DNA of 39,831 nucleotides from a virus (Duplodnaviria; Heunggongvirae; Uroviricota; Caudoviricetes): IMG/VR virus record IMGVR_UViG_2802429220_000013; one strand, 5' to 3'. Shown piece by piece: positions 8,144 to 17,800 of this stretch (position 1 is its first letter; each line of letters starts with the position of its first letter). The notes under the pieces were generated by a model. It saw only the letters and a program-made list of their open reading frames with translations, ran no database searches and was not told where the DNA came from. The position numbers and the translations under genes were made by a program.

Positions 8144-8470
8144 TCAAATAAGTGGTTTGCTGCCTAATTTCATTTTCTGGCGACCAACACAAGTCACACC
8201 CATTTCACTGCGTGGCTTGCTGTACCATGTGCGCTGATTCTTGCGCTCAATACGTTGCAGGTTGCTTTCAATCTGTTCGTGGTATTCAGCCAGTACCGTA
8301 AGGTCTATCGGATTCAGTGCGCTTTCTACTCGTGATTTCGGTTTGCGATTCAGCGAGAGAATAGGGCGGTTAACTGGTTTTGCGCTTACCCCAACCAACA
8401 GGGGATTTGCTGCTTTCCATTGAGCCTGTTTCTCTGCGCGACGTTCGCGGCGGCGTGCTTGTGCATCCAT
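8144..8470 (-). CDS. N: Antitermination protein N (lambda type)
   Basis: MDAQARRRERRAEKQAQWKAANPLLVGVSAKPVNRPILSLNRK… nearly identical to lambda N over the N-terminal ~85 aa; directly downstream of pL/nutL. Confidence 0.85.
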   Translation of the reverse strand: MDAQARRRERRAEKQAQWKAANPLLVGVSAKPVNRPILSLNRKPKSRVESALNPIDLTVLAEYHEQIESNLQRIERKNQRTWYSKPRSEMGVTCVGRQKMKLGSKPLI

Positions 8471-8580
8471 CTGAATTCTCCTGTCAGTTAGCTTTGAGTA
8501 ACGCGCCGTGATGCTTATCTCCACGGTTGCTGTCTTGCAGCTGCATTTCGCGCTACTCAAAGCTTTCTGCTTTGAATGCT

Positions 8581-8612
8581 GCCCTTCTTCAGGGCTTAAT
8601 TTTTAAGAGCAT
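8581..8612 (-). promoter_or_regulatory. nutL (boxA GCTCTTAA + boxB GCCCTGAAGAAGGGC)
   Basis: Reverse complement shows boxA followed by the boxB hairpin, matching lambda nutL. Confidence 0.7.
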
Positions 8613-8649
8613 CACCTTCATGGTGGTCAGTGCGTCCTGCTGATGCGCT

Positions 8650-8714
8650 TAGTATCACCGCCAGTGGTATTCATGTCAACACCGCCAGAGATAATTTATC
8701 ACCGCAGATGGTTA
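8650..8714. promoter_or_regulatory. oL operators OL1-OL3 with pL promoter (leftward)
   Basis: tatcaccgccagtggta, caacaccgccagagata and tatcaccgcagatggtt match lambda OL1/OL2/OL3; -35 TTGACA and -10 GATACT on minus strand. Confidence 0.85.
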
Positions 8715-8861
8715 TCTGTATGTTTTTTTATATAGATTTATTTTTTGCATGGTTGTGTGGATTGGGAAGGTGATCGAGAGATCTGAATTGCGTTGTTTAG
8801 TGAGTTGTATCTATTTATTTTCCAATAAATACAATTGGTTATGTGTTTTTTTGGGCGAGAG

Positions 8862-8890
8862 GAAAAGAAAACCCGGCATGGAGGCCGGGT
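8862..8890 (-). terminator. Rho-independent terminator ending the cI-proximal cargo transcript (tIMM-like)
   Basis: Hairpin acccggc-ctccat-gccgggt followed by TTTCTTTTCC on minus strand, just upstream of oL. Confidence 0.5.
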
Positions 8891-8896
8891 TGATGA

Positions 8897-9019
8897 TTAG
8901 CGGTGTGGCCTTGAGCGATAATGCTCACACACATGTTCAAGATTTCCATGCCTTATCCGTTCATAGGCATTCACATGAACTTCTCGATCGAATTGGTCAT
9001 TCAAATTGTATGTAGACAT
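8897..9019 (-). CDS. Possible 40-aa His/Cys-rich small protein
   Basis: ATG with weak GAGA upstream; stop abuts the terminator hairpin; MSTYNLNDQFDREVHVNAYERIRHGNLEHVCEHYRSRPHR. Weak support. Confidence 0.2.
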   Translation of the reverse strand: MSTYNLNDQFDREVHVNAYERIRHGNLEHVCEHYRSRPHR

Positions 9020-9192
9020 CTGTGTTTTCTCATATTGGCGGCAGCCCTACAACCGCTTGAAAAAATGTACCAGACGCGCTAAGGTTACATCGCAAATATT
9101 GTGTACCTTAACAAGGGCTCCTTTTGGAGGCTCTGGTTAAACAGCATCAATGTCGGACTGGGGAGTTGGACATTGTGCTGAATGCTTTTGCA

Positions 9193-9714
9193 TTATTGAG
9201 GCCGAACGTAAACCTTCAGAATTGAAGAGATGCGTTCGGCTTCTTCGTTTGTGATATCGTTAGGAATGCCTTTAATCGTTACTGTAACCCCTGATTCAGG
9301 TCGAAGAACTACTGGAAGATCATAGGTATGAAGTGCATTAGCCTTGCCTTCGACTTTTGTTGGTTCGCCAGTCAAATCTTTTTCCTCACTGGATTCTTTG
9401 TCAATCGGAGTGTATGGGATTTCTTCACCAGACTGGAAAGCTACAAACTTTTTGATTGCACTTTCCATGCGGCTTTTATATGCAGTAATGCTGCTGTCGC
9501 TAGGCTTCGGCTCAGTTGCGTTGATGTATCGCTCGGCAAGCTCATTCACATCAAGCTGAGTAACATCACCCATTTCCTCTTCTTGGACTACCGTTAAGAG
9601 GCGAGCGGATGAGTTTTTTAAATTTCGAGCGGTGGCCTCCTTCATTATGTTCAGCGACATAAGCTCTTCAAGGAAGTCCTTGAATGCCTGCACGCTAACG
9701 TTTGACTTTGCCAT
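9193..9714 (-). CDS. Hypothetical 173-aa acidic protein occupying the rexAB position
   Basis: Clean ORF in cI orientation between cI and oL; purine-rich RBS; upstream putative promoter (TTGCAT-17-TAAACT) overlapping palindromes; no TM segments; no family recognised. Confidence 0.6.
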   Translation of the reverse strand: MAKSNVSVQAFKDFLEELMSLNIMKEATARNLKNSSARLLTVVQEEEMGDVTQLDVNELAERYINATEPKPSDSSITAYKSRMESAIKKFVAFQSGEEIPYTPIDKESSEEKDLTGEPTKVEGKANALHTYDLPVVLRPESGVTVTIKGIPNDITNEEAERISSILKVYVRPQ

Positions 9715-10215
9715 TTGCTCTCTCTCTAAGTTATTGACTCAGATCGAGTTTATCCAGGAATTGATTTGCATGCAAGACTCAAGTCTTGAGAATTTCCGTT
9801 CAAGATCCACTCTCAATAAAAAAGGCCGCACCTCTGCGACCTTTCATCTCCTAAATCTCTTTTCTCTTACCTAAAGAAACAGCAGGCTGGGTCAGCCCTA
9901 ACAACTTCAAGTGCATCGGTCAGAGAAAGCTCCGTGCTATACAGGTGTTATTTCATATCTTTTTGCATCCAATAAATTTTCCATCTGTCCAGAGAGCGGA
10001 TGCACTTGATTCTTGTTGATGGCAGGACGTTTTTTCACCTGCCTCACCCTGCCATACAGGACGCTGCTCACCGATATCTATCGTCCGGTCATTGATGTTA
10101 TAGACAATATCCAGATCATTACGGATATACTCAGATGGCCTTATGCTTTCAATGAATAGATGAACTTCTTTTTGACCGCTTGATACTCATGGCCATTAAA
10201 CTCCATCTATCCTCT

Positions 10216-10932
<717 letters not shown>

Positions 10933-10939
10933 TTAAATC

Positions 10940-11005
10940 TATCACCGCAAGGGATAAATATCTAACACCGTGCGTGTTGACTATTTTACCTCTAGCGGTG
11001 ATAAT
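10940..11005. promoter_or_regulatory. oR operators OR3-OR2-OR1 with divergent pRM and pR
   Basis: tatcaccgcaagggata (OR3), taacaccgtgcgtgttg (OR2), tacctctagcggtgata (OR1, one base different from the lambda sequence I recall); -35 TTGACT and -10 GATAAT for pR. Confidence 0.9.
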
Positions 11006-11020
11006 AGTTGCATGTACTAA

Positions 11021-11230
<210 letters not shown>

Positions 11231-11238
11231 ATAACCCC

Positions 11239-11269
11239 GCTCTTACACATCCCAGCCCTGAAAAAGGGC
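11239..11269 (+). promoter_or_regulatory. nutR (boxA CGCTCTTAC + boxB GCCCTGAAAAAGGGC)
   Basis: Exact lambda-like boxA and boxB hairpin immediately after cro. Confidence 0.8.
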
Positions 11270-11348
11270 ATCAAATTAAACCACACCTATGGTGTATGCA
11301 TTTATTTGCATACATTCAATCAATTGTTATCTAAGGAAATACTTACAT

Positions 11349-11642
11349 ATGGTTCGTGCAAACAAACGCAACGAGGCTCTACGAATCGAGAGTGCGTTGC
11401 TTAACAAAATCGCAATGCTTGGAACTGAGAAGACAGCGGAAGCTGTGGGAGTTGATAAGTCGCAGATCAGCAGGTGGAAGAGGGACTGGATTCCAAAGTT
11501 CTCAATGCTGCTTGCTGTTCTTGAATGGGGCGTCGTTGACGACGATATGGCTCGATTGGCACGACAAGTTGCTTCGATTCTCACCAATAAAAAACGCCCG
11601 GCGGCAACCGAGCGTTCTGATCAAATACAAATGGAATTTTAA
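11349..11642 (+). CDS. cII: CII transcriptional activator (lambda type)
   Basis: MVRANKRNEALRIESALLNKIAMLGTEKTAEAVGVDKSQISRWKRDWIPKFSMLLAVLEWGVVDDDMARLARQVASILTNKKRPAATERSDQIQMEF; start at internal ATG of the tracked ORF. Confidence 0.9.
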   Translation: MVRANKRNEALRIESALLNKIAMLGTEKTAEAVGVDKSQISRWKRDWIPKFSMLLAVLEWGVVDDDMARLARQVASILTNKKRPAATERSDQIQMEF

Positions 11643-11655
11643 CAACATCCAACGA
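11586..11655 (-). ncRNA. oop: oop-like antisense RNA overlapping the cII 3' end
   Basis: Minus-strand terminator GCCGCCGGGCGTTTTTTATT matches the recalled 3' end of lambda oop RNA; TATAAT -10 on minus strand near 11660; 5' end approximate. Confidence 0.45.
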
Positions 11656-11664
11656 GGTAATTAT

Positions 11665-11937
11665 ATGCGAAACAAAGGCTTTAATCCACCTGATACACAC
11701 AAAGAAGCTAAGCGTTTGCGCTTCCTTCGTTCCATTGATGAAAGAACTCAAATCTCTTTTGTGAAAGTTGCCAGAACTGAGCTTCTGAAGGCTGAGGCGA
11801 GGGCGTTGCTCCCGTCTCTACCAAAAGAGGAGGGATATACGTTCATTCCAAACGCATTTCTGGAAAAGCTGCTCAAAGAAGACATATCCGTAAGTCAGTT
11901 TAACGATGTTCTTAAGGTCTTTCGTCAAGGCAGGTAG
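11665..11937 (+). CDS. Hypothetical 90-aa protein between cII and the replication initiator
   Basis: ATG with GAGG RBS; basic, helical; no counterpart at this position in lambda. Confidence 0.45.
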   Translation: MRNKGFNPPDTHKEAKRLRFLRSIDERTQISFVKVARTELLKAEARALLPSLPKEEGYTFIPNAFLEKLLKEDISVSQFNDVLKVFRQGR

Positions 11938-11939
11938 TT

Positions 11940-12794
11940 ATGAGCAATACAGCAAAAATCTACGATTTCAGCGCCGCACACGAGCGCAGGAGCAACAGGA
12001 TGGAGAACCAGAAAACTGGTTACATTCCGTTGTACCGGAGCATTCTGAAACAGTCATGGGCGAAAGATGTTTATCTTCGCACCCTGTGGGAAAACCTTCT
12101 CCTGAATGCCGCCAGAAAGCCATACAAAGCGAATTTCAAAGGTCATGAATGGCATCTGCAACCCGGTCAACTGGTTGTGACAGCAGCTGATTTAGGTCTT
12201 CAGTTATGCGACAGGCATGGCAAGCCGGCAAGCCGTGATCAGGTTGAGCGGATGCTTCAGGTTTTTGTGAAAGAGGGGATGATCACCATTGATGGAGAGA
12301 AGCAAAAAGGTCGTGTGATCACCATCACAAATTACCATGAATATGCTCAAAAAATGGACAATTCACCCGCACATGAAGCCGCACAAACAACCGCACATCA
12401 TGAACAAGAAGGTATTAACAAGAATATAAATAATACCCCCCTACCCCCCAATGGGGGAGGCGATGGGCAGGTTAAACATGAACGTCGCAAGGCAGAACGA
12501 ATCGACTACGAATCCTTCCTGAACGCCTACAACACCGAAGTCGGTGACAGACTGCCACACGCTGTTGCGGTCAACGAGAAACGCAAACGCCGCCTGAAGA
12601 AAATCATCCCGCAACTGAAAACGCCAAACGTGGACGGTTTCAGAGCGTATGTCAGGGCGTTTGTGCATCAGGCCAAGCCGTTTTACTTCGGAGACAACGA
12701 CACGGGCTGGACGGCAGATTTTGATTACCTGCTGAGGGAAGATTCGTTAACGGGAGTACGGGAAGGAAAGTTTGCAGACAGGGGGATTGCATGA
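11940..12794 (+). CDS. Replication initiation protein (O-like / P22 gene 18-like)
   Basis: 284 aa starting MSNTAKI… like lambda O; positioned directly upstream of and overlapping the helicase gene; Pro/Gly-rich linker in the middle. Confidence 0.6.
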   Translation: MSNTAKIYDFSAAHERRSNRMENQKTGYIPLYRSILKQSWAKDVYLRTLWENLLLNAARKPYKANFKGHEWHLQPGQLVVTAADLGLQLCDRHGKPASRDQVERMLQVFVKEGMITIDGEKQKGRVITITNYHEYAQKMDNSPAHEAAQTTAHHEQEGINKNINNTPLPPNGGGDGQVKHERRKAERIDYESFLNAYNTEVGDRLPHAVAVNEKRKRRLKKIIPQLKTPNVDGFRAYVRAFVHQAKPFYFGDNDTGWTADFDYLLREDSLTGVREGKFADRGIA

Positions 12795-14167
12795 AACAGG
12801 ATATCGAAGCGAGCGTTATCGGTGGCCTGCTGATTGGTGGATTAACACCAACTGCCAGTGACGTTCTGGCAACGCTTGAGCCGGAAGCGTTTTCAATTCC
12901 GCTCTACCGGAAAGCCTTCGAGGTTATCCGCAAGCAGGCGCGAAACAGAAACCTAATCGACGCGCTGATGGTTGCCGAGGCGTGCGGAGAGGAGCATTTC
13001 ACGTCAATCCTGATGACCAGCAAAAACTGCCCGAGTGCCGCAAACCTGAAGGGATATGCCGGAATGGTCGCGGATAACTATCACCGCCGTCTGGTGCTGG
13101 AAATCATGGATGAAATGCGTGAACCAATTCAGAGCGGAACCATCGACGCATCGAGTCAGGCGATGGATGAGCTTGTAAAGCGTCTCTCAGCCATCAGAAA
13201 GCCCCGTGACGAGGTAAAACCTGTACGGTTAGGGGAAATCATTACTGACTACACTGACACGCTTGACAGGCGTCTGAGGAACGGAGAAGAGTCAGATACC
13301 ATGAAGACCGGAATCGAAGAACTTGATGCCATCACCGGAGGGATGAACGCGGAAGACCTGGTGATAATCGCTGCTCGTCCTGGTATGGGGAAAACCGAAC
13401 TGGCGCTGAAGATTGCCGAAGGCGTTGCAAGCCGCGTTATTCCTGGTTCTGACGTCCGGCGCGGGGTATTGATTTTCTCAATGGAAATGAGCGCATTGCA
13501 GATTGCAGAGCGAAGCATTGCCAACGCCGGGAGGATGTCGGTTAGCGTACTGCGAAATCCTGCATCGATGGATGACGAGGGCTGGGCACGTGTTGCTAAC
13601 GGCATGAGTCAGCTTGCAGATTTGGATGTATGGGTAGTCGATGCCTCGCGGTTATCGGTCGAAGAAATACGCTCAATCGCAGAACGGCACAAACAGGAAA
13701 ATCCAAACCTCTCACTCATCATGGCGGATTATCTTGGCCTGATTGAGAAGCCGAAAGCAGACCGCAACGACCTCGCAATTGCTCACATCTCCGGAAGCCT
13801 GAAGGCGATGGCGAAAGACCTGAAAACACCGGTTATCTCCCTGAGTCAGCTTTCGCGCGATGTTGAGAAGCGACCAAACAAACGCCCGACAAACGCAGAT
13901 TTGCGTGATTCAGGAAGCATTGAGCAGGACGCAGACTCAATCATCATGCTCTATCGGGAAGCGGTATATGACGAGAACAGTAGCGCCGCGCCATTTGCTG
14001 AAATCATCGTGACGAAAAACCGTTTTGGCTCACTTGGTACGGTTTACCAGCGGTTCTGTAACGGACACTTTGTTGCATGTGACCAGGATGAAGCCAGACA
14101 GATTTGCACAGCATCAAATGCACCTGCTGCGCGTGGCAGACGATATGCACAAGGGGCGGACGTATGA
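12791..14167 (+). CDS. DnaB-family replicative helicase (P22 gene 12-like)
   Basis: 458 aa with Walker A ([10 protein letters not shown]), Walker B-like (LIMADYLGL) and RecA-like fold motifs characteristic of DnaB helicases. Confidence 0.85.
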   Translation: MKQDIEASVIGGLLIGGLTPTASDVLATLEPEAFSIPLYRKAFEVIRKQARNRNLIDALMVAEACGEEHFTSILMTSKNCPSAANLKGYAGMVADNYHRRLVLEIMDEMREPIQSGTIDASSQAMDELVKRLSAIRKPRDEVKPVRLGEIITDYTDTLDRRLRNGEESDTMKTGIEELDAITGGMNAEDLVIIAARPGMGKTELALKIAEGVASRVIPGSDVRRGVLIFSMEMSALQIAERSIANAGRMSVSVLRNPASMDDEGWARVANGMSQLADLDVWVVDASRLSVEEIRSIAERHKQENPNLSLIMADYLGLIEKPKADRNDLAIAHISGSLKAMAKDLKTPVISLSQLSRDVEKRPNKRPTNADLRDSGSIEQDADSIIMLYREAVYDENSSAAPFAEIIVTKNRFGSLGTVYQRFCNGHFVACDQDEARQICTASNAPAARGRRYAQGADV

Positions 14168-14240
14168 CCATCTACATCACTGAGCTAATAACAGGCCTGC
14201 TGGTAATCGCAGGCCTTTTTATTTGGGGGAGAGGGAAGTC

Positions 14241-14681
14241 ATGAAAAAACTAACCTTTGAAATTCGATCTCCAGCACATCAGCAAAACGCTATTCACGCG
14301 GTACAGCAAATTCTTCCAGACCCAACCAAACCAATCGTAGTAACCATTCAGGAACGCAACCGCAGCTTAGACCAGAATCGAAAGCTTTGGGCTTGCCTTG
14401 GTGACGTCTCTCGTCAGGTTGAATGGCATGGTCGCTGGCTGGATGCAGAAAGCTGGAAGTGTGTGTTTACCGCAGCATTAAAGCAGCAGGACGTTGTTCC
14501 TAACCTTGCCGGGAATGGCTTTGTGGTAATAGGCCAGTCAACCAGCAGGATGCGTGTAGGCGAATTTGCGGAGCTATTAGAGCTTATACAGGCATTCGGT
14601 ACAGAGCGTGGCGTTAAGTGGTCAGACGAAGCGCGACTGGCTCTGGAGTGGAAAGCAAGATGGGGAGACAGGGCGGCATGA
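14241..14681 (+). CDS. ninB: NinB recombination protein
   Basis: [56 protein letters not shown]… identical to lambda NinB as recalled; start at internal ATG of tracked ORF. Confidence 0.85.
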   Translation: MKKLTFEIRSPAHQQNAIHAVQQILPDPTKPIVVTIQERNRSLDQNRKLWACLGDVSRQVEWHGRWLDAESWKCVFTAALKQQDVVPNLAGNGFVVIGQSTSRMRVGEFAELLELIQAFGTERGVKWSDEARLALEWKARWGDRAA

Positions 14682-14854
14682 GGCGACAGCGACGAAGTAT
14701 CACCGACATCATCTGCGAAAACTGCAAATACCTTCCAACGAAGCGCTCCAGAAATAAACGCAAGCCAATCCCAAAAGAATCTGACGTAAAAACCTTCAAT
14801 TACACGGCTCACCTGTGGGATATCCGGTGGCTAAGACATCGTGCGAGGAAATGA
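14678..14854 (+). CDS. ninD: NinD
   Basis: [58 protein letters not shown]; ATGA overlap with ninB stop. Confidence 0.7.
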   Translation: MRRQRRSITDIICENCKYLPTKRSRNKRKPIPKESDVKTFNYTAHLWDIRWLRHRARK

Positions 14855-15216
14855 CAATGGATTATTCACAGTTAAGTGATTTTGAAATTAACGTGGCGGT
14901 ATTCGAAGCCATTCATAACGGATCACCTGATTATAAGGAAGGTGAGAATGGCGATATGGTGTTCGTCTCATTTGAGGGAGACATTGTAAACGGAGACGCA
15001 GTTGAAGTAGAAGTTGAGCGCGGATCCTTTAACCCATGCGCAAACCCAGCAGACGCATGGCCGATTATTGAAAAATACAGGATTAGCATTATCAATCTCG
15101 ATGAAGACGAGTGGGGTGCACGCGGTGTGGCCTATTGTAAATCTAAGCGAGCTATACATGAAAATCCCCTCCGCGCCGCCATGATTGTCTTTCTCATGAT
15201 GCAGAGAATCCAATAA
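14851..15216 (+). CDS. NinX-like protein
   Basis: 121 aa from internal ATG overlapping ninD stop; acidic; nin-region position; identity recalled loosely. Confidence 0.45.
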   Translation: MTMDYSQLSDFEINVAVFEAIHNGSPDYKEGENGDMVFVSFEGDIVNGDAVEVEVERGSFNPCANPADAWPIIEKYRISIINLDEDEWGARGVAYCKSKRAIHENPLRAAMIVFLMMQRIQ

Positions 15217-15392
15217 TGCTTAGTCCATCCCAATCCCTTCAATACCAGAAAGAAAGCGTCGAGCGAGCTTTAACGTGCGCTAACTGCGGTCAGAAGCTGC
15301 ATGTGCTGGAAGTTCACGTGTGTGAGTACTGCTGCGCAGAACTGATGAGCGATCCGAATAGCTCGATGCACGAGGAAGAAGACGATGGCTAA
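15216..15392 (+). CDS. ninF: NinF
   Basis: 58-aa ORF not in track: [58 protein letters not shown], matching lambda NinF as recalled (Cys-rich). Confidence 0.7.
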
Positions 15393-15996
15393 ACCAGCGC
15401 GAAGACGATGTAAAAACGATGAATGTCGGGAATGGTTTCACCCTGCATTCGCCAATCAGTGGTGGTGCTCTCCAGAGTGTGGAACCAAGATAGCACTCGA
15501 ACGACGAAGCAAAGAACGCGAAAAAGCGGAAAAAGCAGCAGAGAAGAAACGACGACGAGAGGAGCAGAAACAGAAAGATAAACTTAAGATTAGAAAACTC
15601 GCCTTAAAGCCCCGCAGTTACTGGATTAAACAAGCCCAACAAGCCGTAAACGCCTTCATCAGAGAAAGAGACCGCGACTTACCATGTATCTCTTGCGGAA
15701 CGCTCACGTCTGCTCAGTGGGATGCCGGACATTACCGGACAACTGCTGCGGCACCTCAACTCCGATTTGATGAACGCAATATTCACAAGCAATGCGTGGT
15801 GTGCAACCAGCACAAAAGCGGAAATCTCGTTCCGTATCGCGTCGAACTGATTAGCCGCATCGGGCAGGAAGCAGTAGACGAAATCGAATCAAACCATAAC
15901 CGCCATCGCTGGACTGTCGAAGAGTGCAGGGCCATCAAGGCGGAGTATCAGCAGAAACTCAAAGACCTGCGAAACAGCAGAAGTGAGGCCGCATGA
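15385..15996 (+). CDS. ninG: NinG (Rap) recombination-associated protein
   Basis: 203 aa with Cys clusters ([10 protein letters not shown]…CSPEC; CISCG…CVVCNQHK) as in lambda NinG. Confidence 0.8.
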
Positions 15997-16049
15997 CGTT
16001 CTCAGTAAAAACCATTCCAGATCACAAGGGAGAAGGCGCATGGGCATAA
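15993..16049 (+). pseudogene. ninH: Truncated ninH (first ~10 codons only) at a mosaic junction
   Basis: Reads [10 protein letters not shown] then diverges and stops after 18 aa; lambda NinH is 68 aa as recalled. Confidence 0.45.
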
Positions 16050-16528
16050 GAGAACTAAACCTCACCAAAGAACAGCACGAGTGGCTGAATGGCTGGCTTG
16101 AACTGTGGGGGGCATGGGTTTATTCAGGTCGTCTGGAAAAGCGCATGAGTAGCGTAATAGCTAAGTTCATGGAGAGCGTAGAGCCGGGAAGAGTTATGAC
16201 AAGGCCAATGTGTAATGATGATGATGGAATGTTGATTTCTCAGGTCGTCGATTCCGTCATGTACATTGACAAGAAAGCCTTTGGCATCCTCCTCAGCTAC
16301 TACGCCCACGGCTCTTCCAAGCACGCCATTGCATCTTACTATCATCGCGTCGCAAGACCTCGCAAGATGTTATGCCGGGGCGGCGGGCGCATTCAAAAAC
16401 CATCGCTCGCAACCTGTCGACGGGAAGTTGACGAAATCCTCAATGCCTCGTTGTTTATGATTTACCCGGTTCTGGATAGTGCGTTTAAAAACCGGAAACG
16501 TGTAGAGAAAATTAAACATGTAGCATAG
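16040..16528 (+). CDS. Q: Late gene antiterminator Q (non-lambda type)
   Basis: Start at ATG with GGGAGAAGG RBS; motifs WGAW, RPMCNDDD and LLSYYAHG resemble Q proteins of 933W/21-type phages; position between nin genes and the lysis cassette. Confidence 0.7.
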   Translation: MGIRELNLTKEQHEWLNGWLELWGAWVYSGRLEKRMSSVIAKFMESVEPGRVMTRPMCNDDDGMLISQVVDSVMYIDKKAFGILLSYYAHGSSKHAIASYYHRVARPRKMLCRGGGRIQKPSLATCRREVDEILNASLFMIYPVLDSAFKNRKRVEKIKHVA

Positions 16529-16534
16529 AACGTG

Positions 16535-16615
16535 TTGACATCATTGAGCAAATGAGCAACACTATTCGCATAAGCTGCCGTTAGTGACTCTTAAGTTGCA
16601 ACGGTGGCTTTTTTT
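16535..16615 (+). promoter_or_regulatory. Candidate late promoter pR' (-35 TTGACA at 16535-16540) with tR'-like terminator (hairpin + 7 T at 16575-16615)
   Basis: Strong -35 hexamer directly after Q, -10 ambiguous; hairpin ctgccgtt…aacggtgg followed by TTTTTTT. Confidence 0.4.
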
Positions 16616-16619
16616 ATTT

Positions 16620-16694
16620 GGGTCAGTCGTATAAAGGTCATTACGGAAGGCTGTTAACCTTCTTATCGTGGTTCGAGTCCACGCTGTCCCGCCA
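16620..16694 (+). tRNA. Phage-encoded tRNA, anticodon GUU (Asn-like), with one mismatch in the acceptor stem
   Basis: 75 nt folds as a cloverleaf: D-loop with GG, anticodon loop cuGUUaa, T-loop TTCGAGT, 3' CCA encoded; acceptor pair 4:69 is T-T. Confidence 0.5.
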
Positions 16695-16699
16695 AATAT

Positions 16700-16775
16700 G
16701 CTGGTTTAGCTCCAATGGTAGAGCAGTCGCCTTGTAAGCGAATGGGTAGCGGTTCAAGTCCGTTAACCAGCACCA
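16700..16775 (+). tRNA. Phage-encoded tRNA-Thr (anticodon UGU)
   Basis: 76 nt; perfect 7-bp acceptor stem gctggtt/aaccagc, D-arm TAGCTC…GGTAGAGC, anticodon loop cuUGUaa, T-loop TTCAAGT, CCA encoded. Confidence 0.7.
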
Positions 16776-17016
16776 TAACTGAGCCGTAGCCACTGGCTAT
16801 CCTGAATTCATCAGTGATAGTTACGCTGCGGCCTTCTACACATGACCTCGTGAAAGCGGGTGGCATGAGGTTGCGCTAACAACCTCCTGCCGTTTTGCCC
16901 GTGCATATCGGTCACGAACAAATCTGATTACTAAACACAGTAGCCTGGATTTGTTCTATCAGTAATCGACCTTATTCCTAATTAAATAGAGCAAATCCCC
17001 TTATTGGGGGTAAGAC

Positions 17017-17340
17017 ATGAAGATGCCAGAAAAACATGACCTGTTAGCCGCCATTCTCGCGGCAAAGGAACAAGGCATCGGGGCAATCCTTGCGTTTGCA
17101 ATGGCGTACCTTCGCGGCAGATATAATGGCGGTGCGTTTACAAAAACAGTAATCGACGCAACGATGTGCGCCATTATCGCCTGGTTCATTCGTGACCTTC
17201 TCGACTTCGCCGGACTAAGTAGCAATCTCGCTTATATAACGAGCGTGTTTATCGGCTACATCGGTACTGACTCGATTGGATCGCTTATCAAACGCTTCGC
17301 TGCTAAAAAAGCCGGAGTAGAAGATGGTGGAAATCAATAA
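17017..17340 (+). CDS. S: Holin S (lambda type, dual-start Met1-Lys2-Met3)
   Basis: [104 protein letters not shown]… matches lambda S; upstream 240 bp also lambda-like. Confidence 0.95.
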   Translation: MKMPEKHDLLAAILAAKEQGIGAILAFAMAYLRGRYNGGAFTKTVIDATMCAIIAWFIRDLLDFAGLSSNLAYITSVFIGYIGTDSIGSLIKRFAAKKAGVEDGGNQ

Positions 17341-17800
17341 TCAACGTAAGGCGTTCCTCGATATGCTGGCGTGGTCAGAGGGAACTGATAACGGACGTCA
17401 GAAAACCAGAAATCATGGTTATGACGTCATTGTAGGCGGAGAGCTATTCACTGATTACTCCGATCACCCTCGCAAACTTGTCATGCTAAACCCCAAACTC
17501 AAATCAACAGCAGCCGGACGTTACCAGCTTCTTTCCCGTTGGTGGGATGCCTACCGTAAGCAGCTTGGCCTGAAAGATTTCTCTCCGAAAAGCCAGGACG
17601 CTGTGGCATTGCAGCAGATTAAAGAGCGTGGCGCTTTACCGATGATTGATCGCGGTGATATTCGTCAGGCAATCGACCGTTGCAGCAATATCTGGGCTTC
17701 ACTGCCGGGCGCTGGTTATGGTCAGTTCGAGCATAAGGCTGACAACCTGATTGCAAAATTCAAAGAAGCTGGCGGAACGGTCAGAGAGATTGAGGTATGA
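17324..17800 (+). CDS. R: Endolysin R (lytic transglycosylase, lambda type)
   Basis: 158 aa [51 protein letters not shown]… matches lambda R. Confidence 0.95.
   Translation: MVEINNQRKAFLDMLAWSEGTDNGRQKTRNHGYDVIVGGELFTDYSDHPRKLVMLNPKLKSTAAGRYQLLSRWWDAYRKQLGLKDFSPKSQDAVALQQIKERGALPMIDRGDIRQAIDRCSNIWASLPGAGYGQFEHKADNLIAKFKEAGGTVREIEV

Noticed and set aside
8749-9015. 88-aa plus-strand ORF between oL and the cargo gene
   Set aside because: No RBS, runs antisense through the minus-strand terminator and micro-ORF; improbable composition.
9632-9874. 80-aa plus-strand ORF overlapping the start of the 173-aa cargo gene
   Set aside because: Overlaps the promoter/RBS region of the minus-strand gene and has no start signals.
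13249-13605. 118-aa minus-strand ORF inside the helicase gene
   Set aside because: Fully antisense to a well-supported DnaB-family gene; no RBS; typical shadow ORF.
16776-17016. Possible third tRNA or toxin gene between the tRNAs and holin
   Set aside because: No cloverleaf-compatible sequence or ORF; the segment matches the lambda S leader region as recalled, so it is non-coding.
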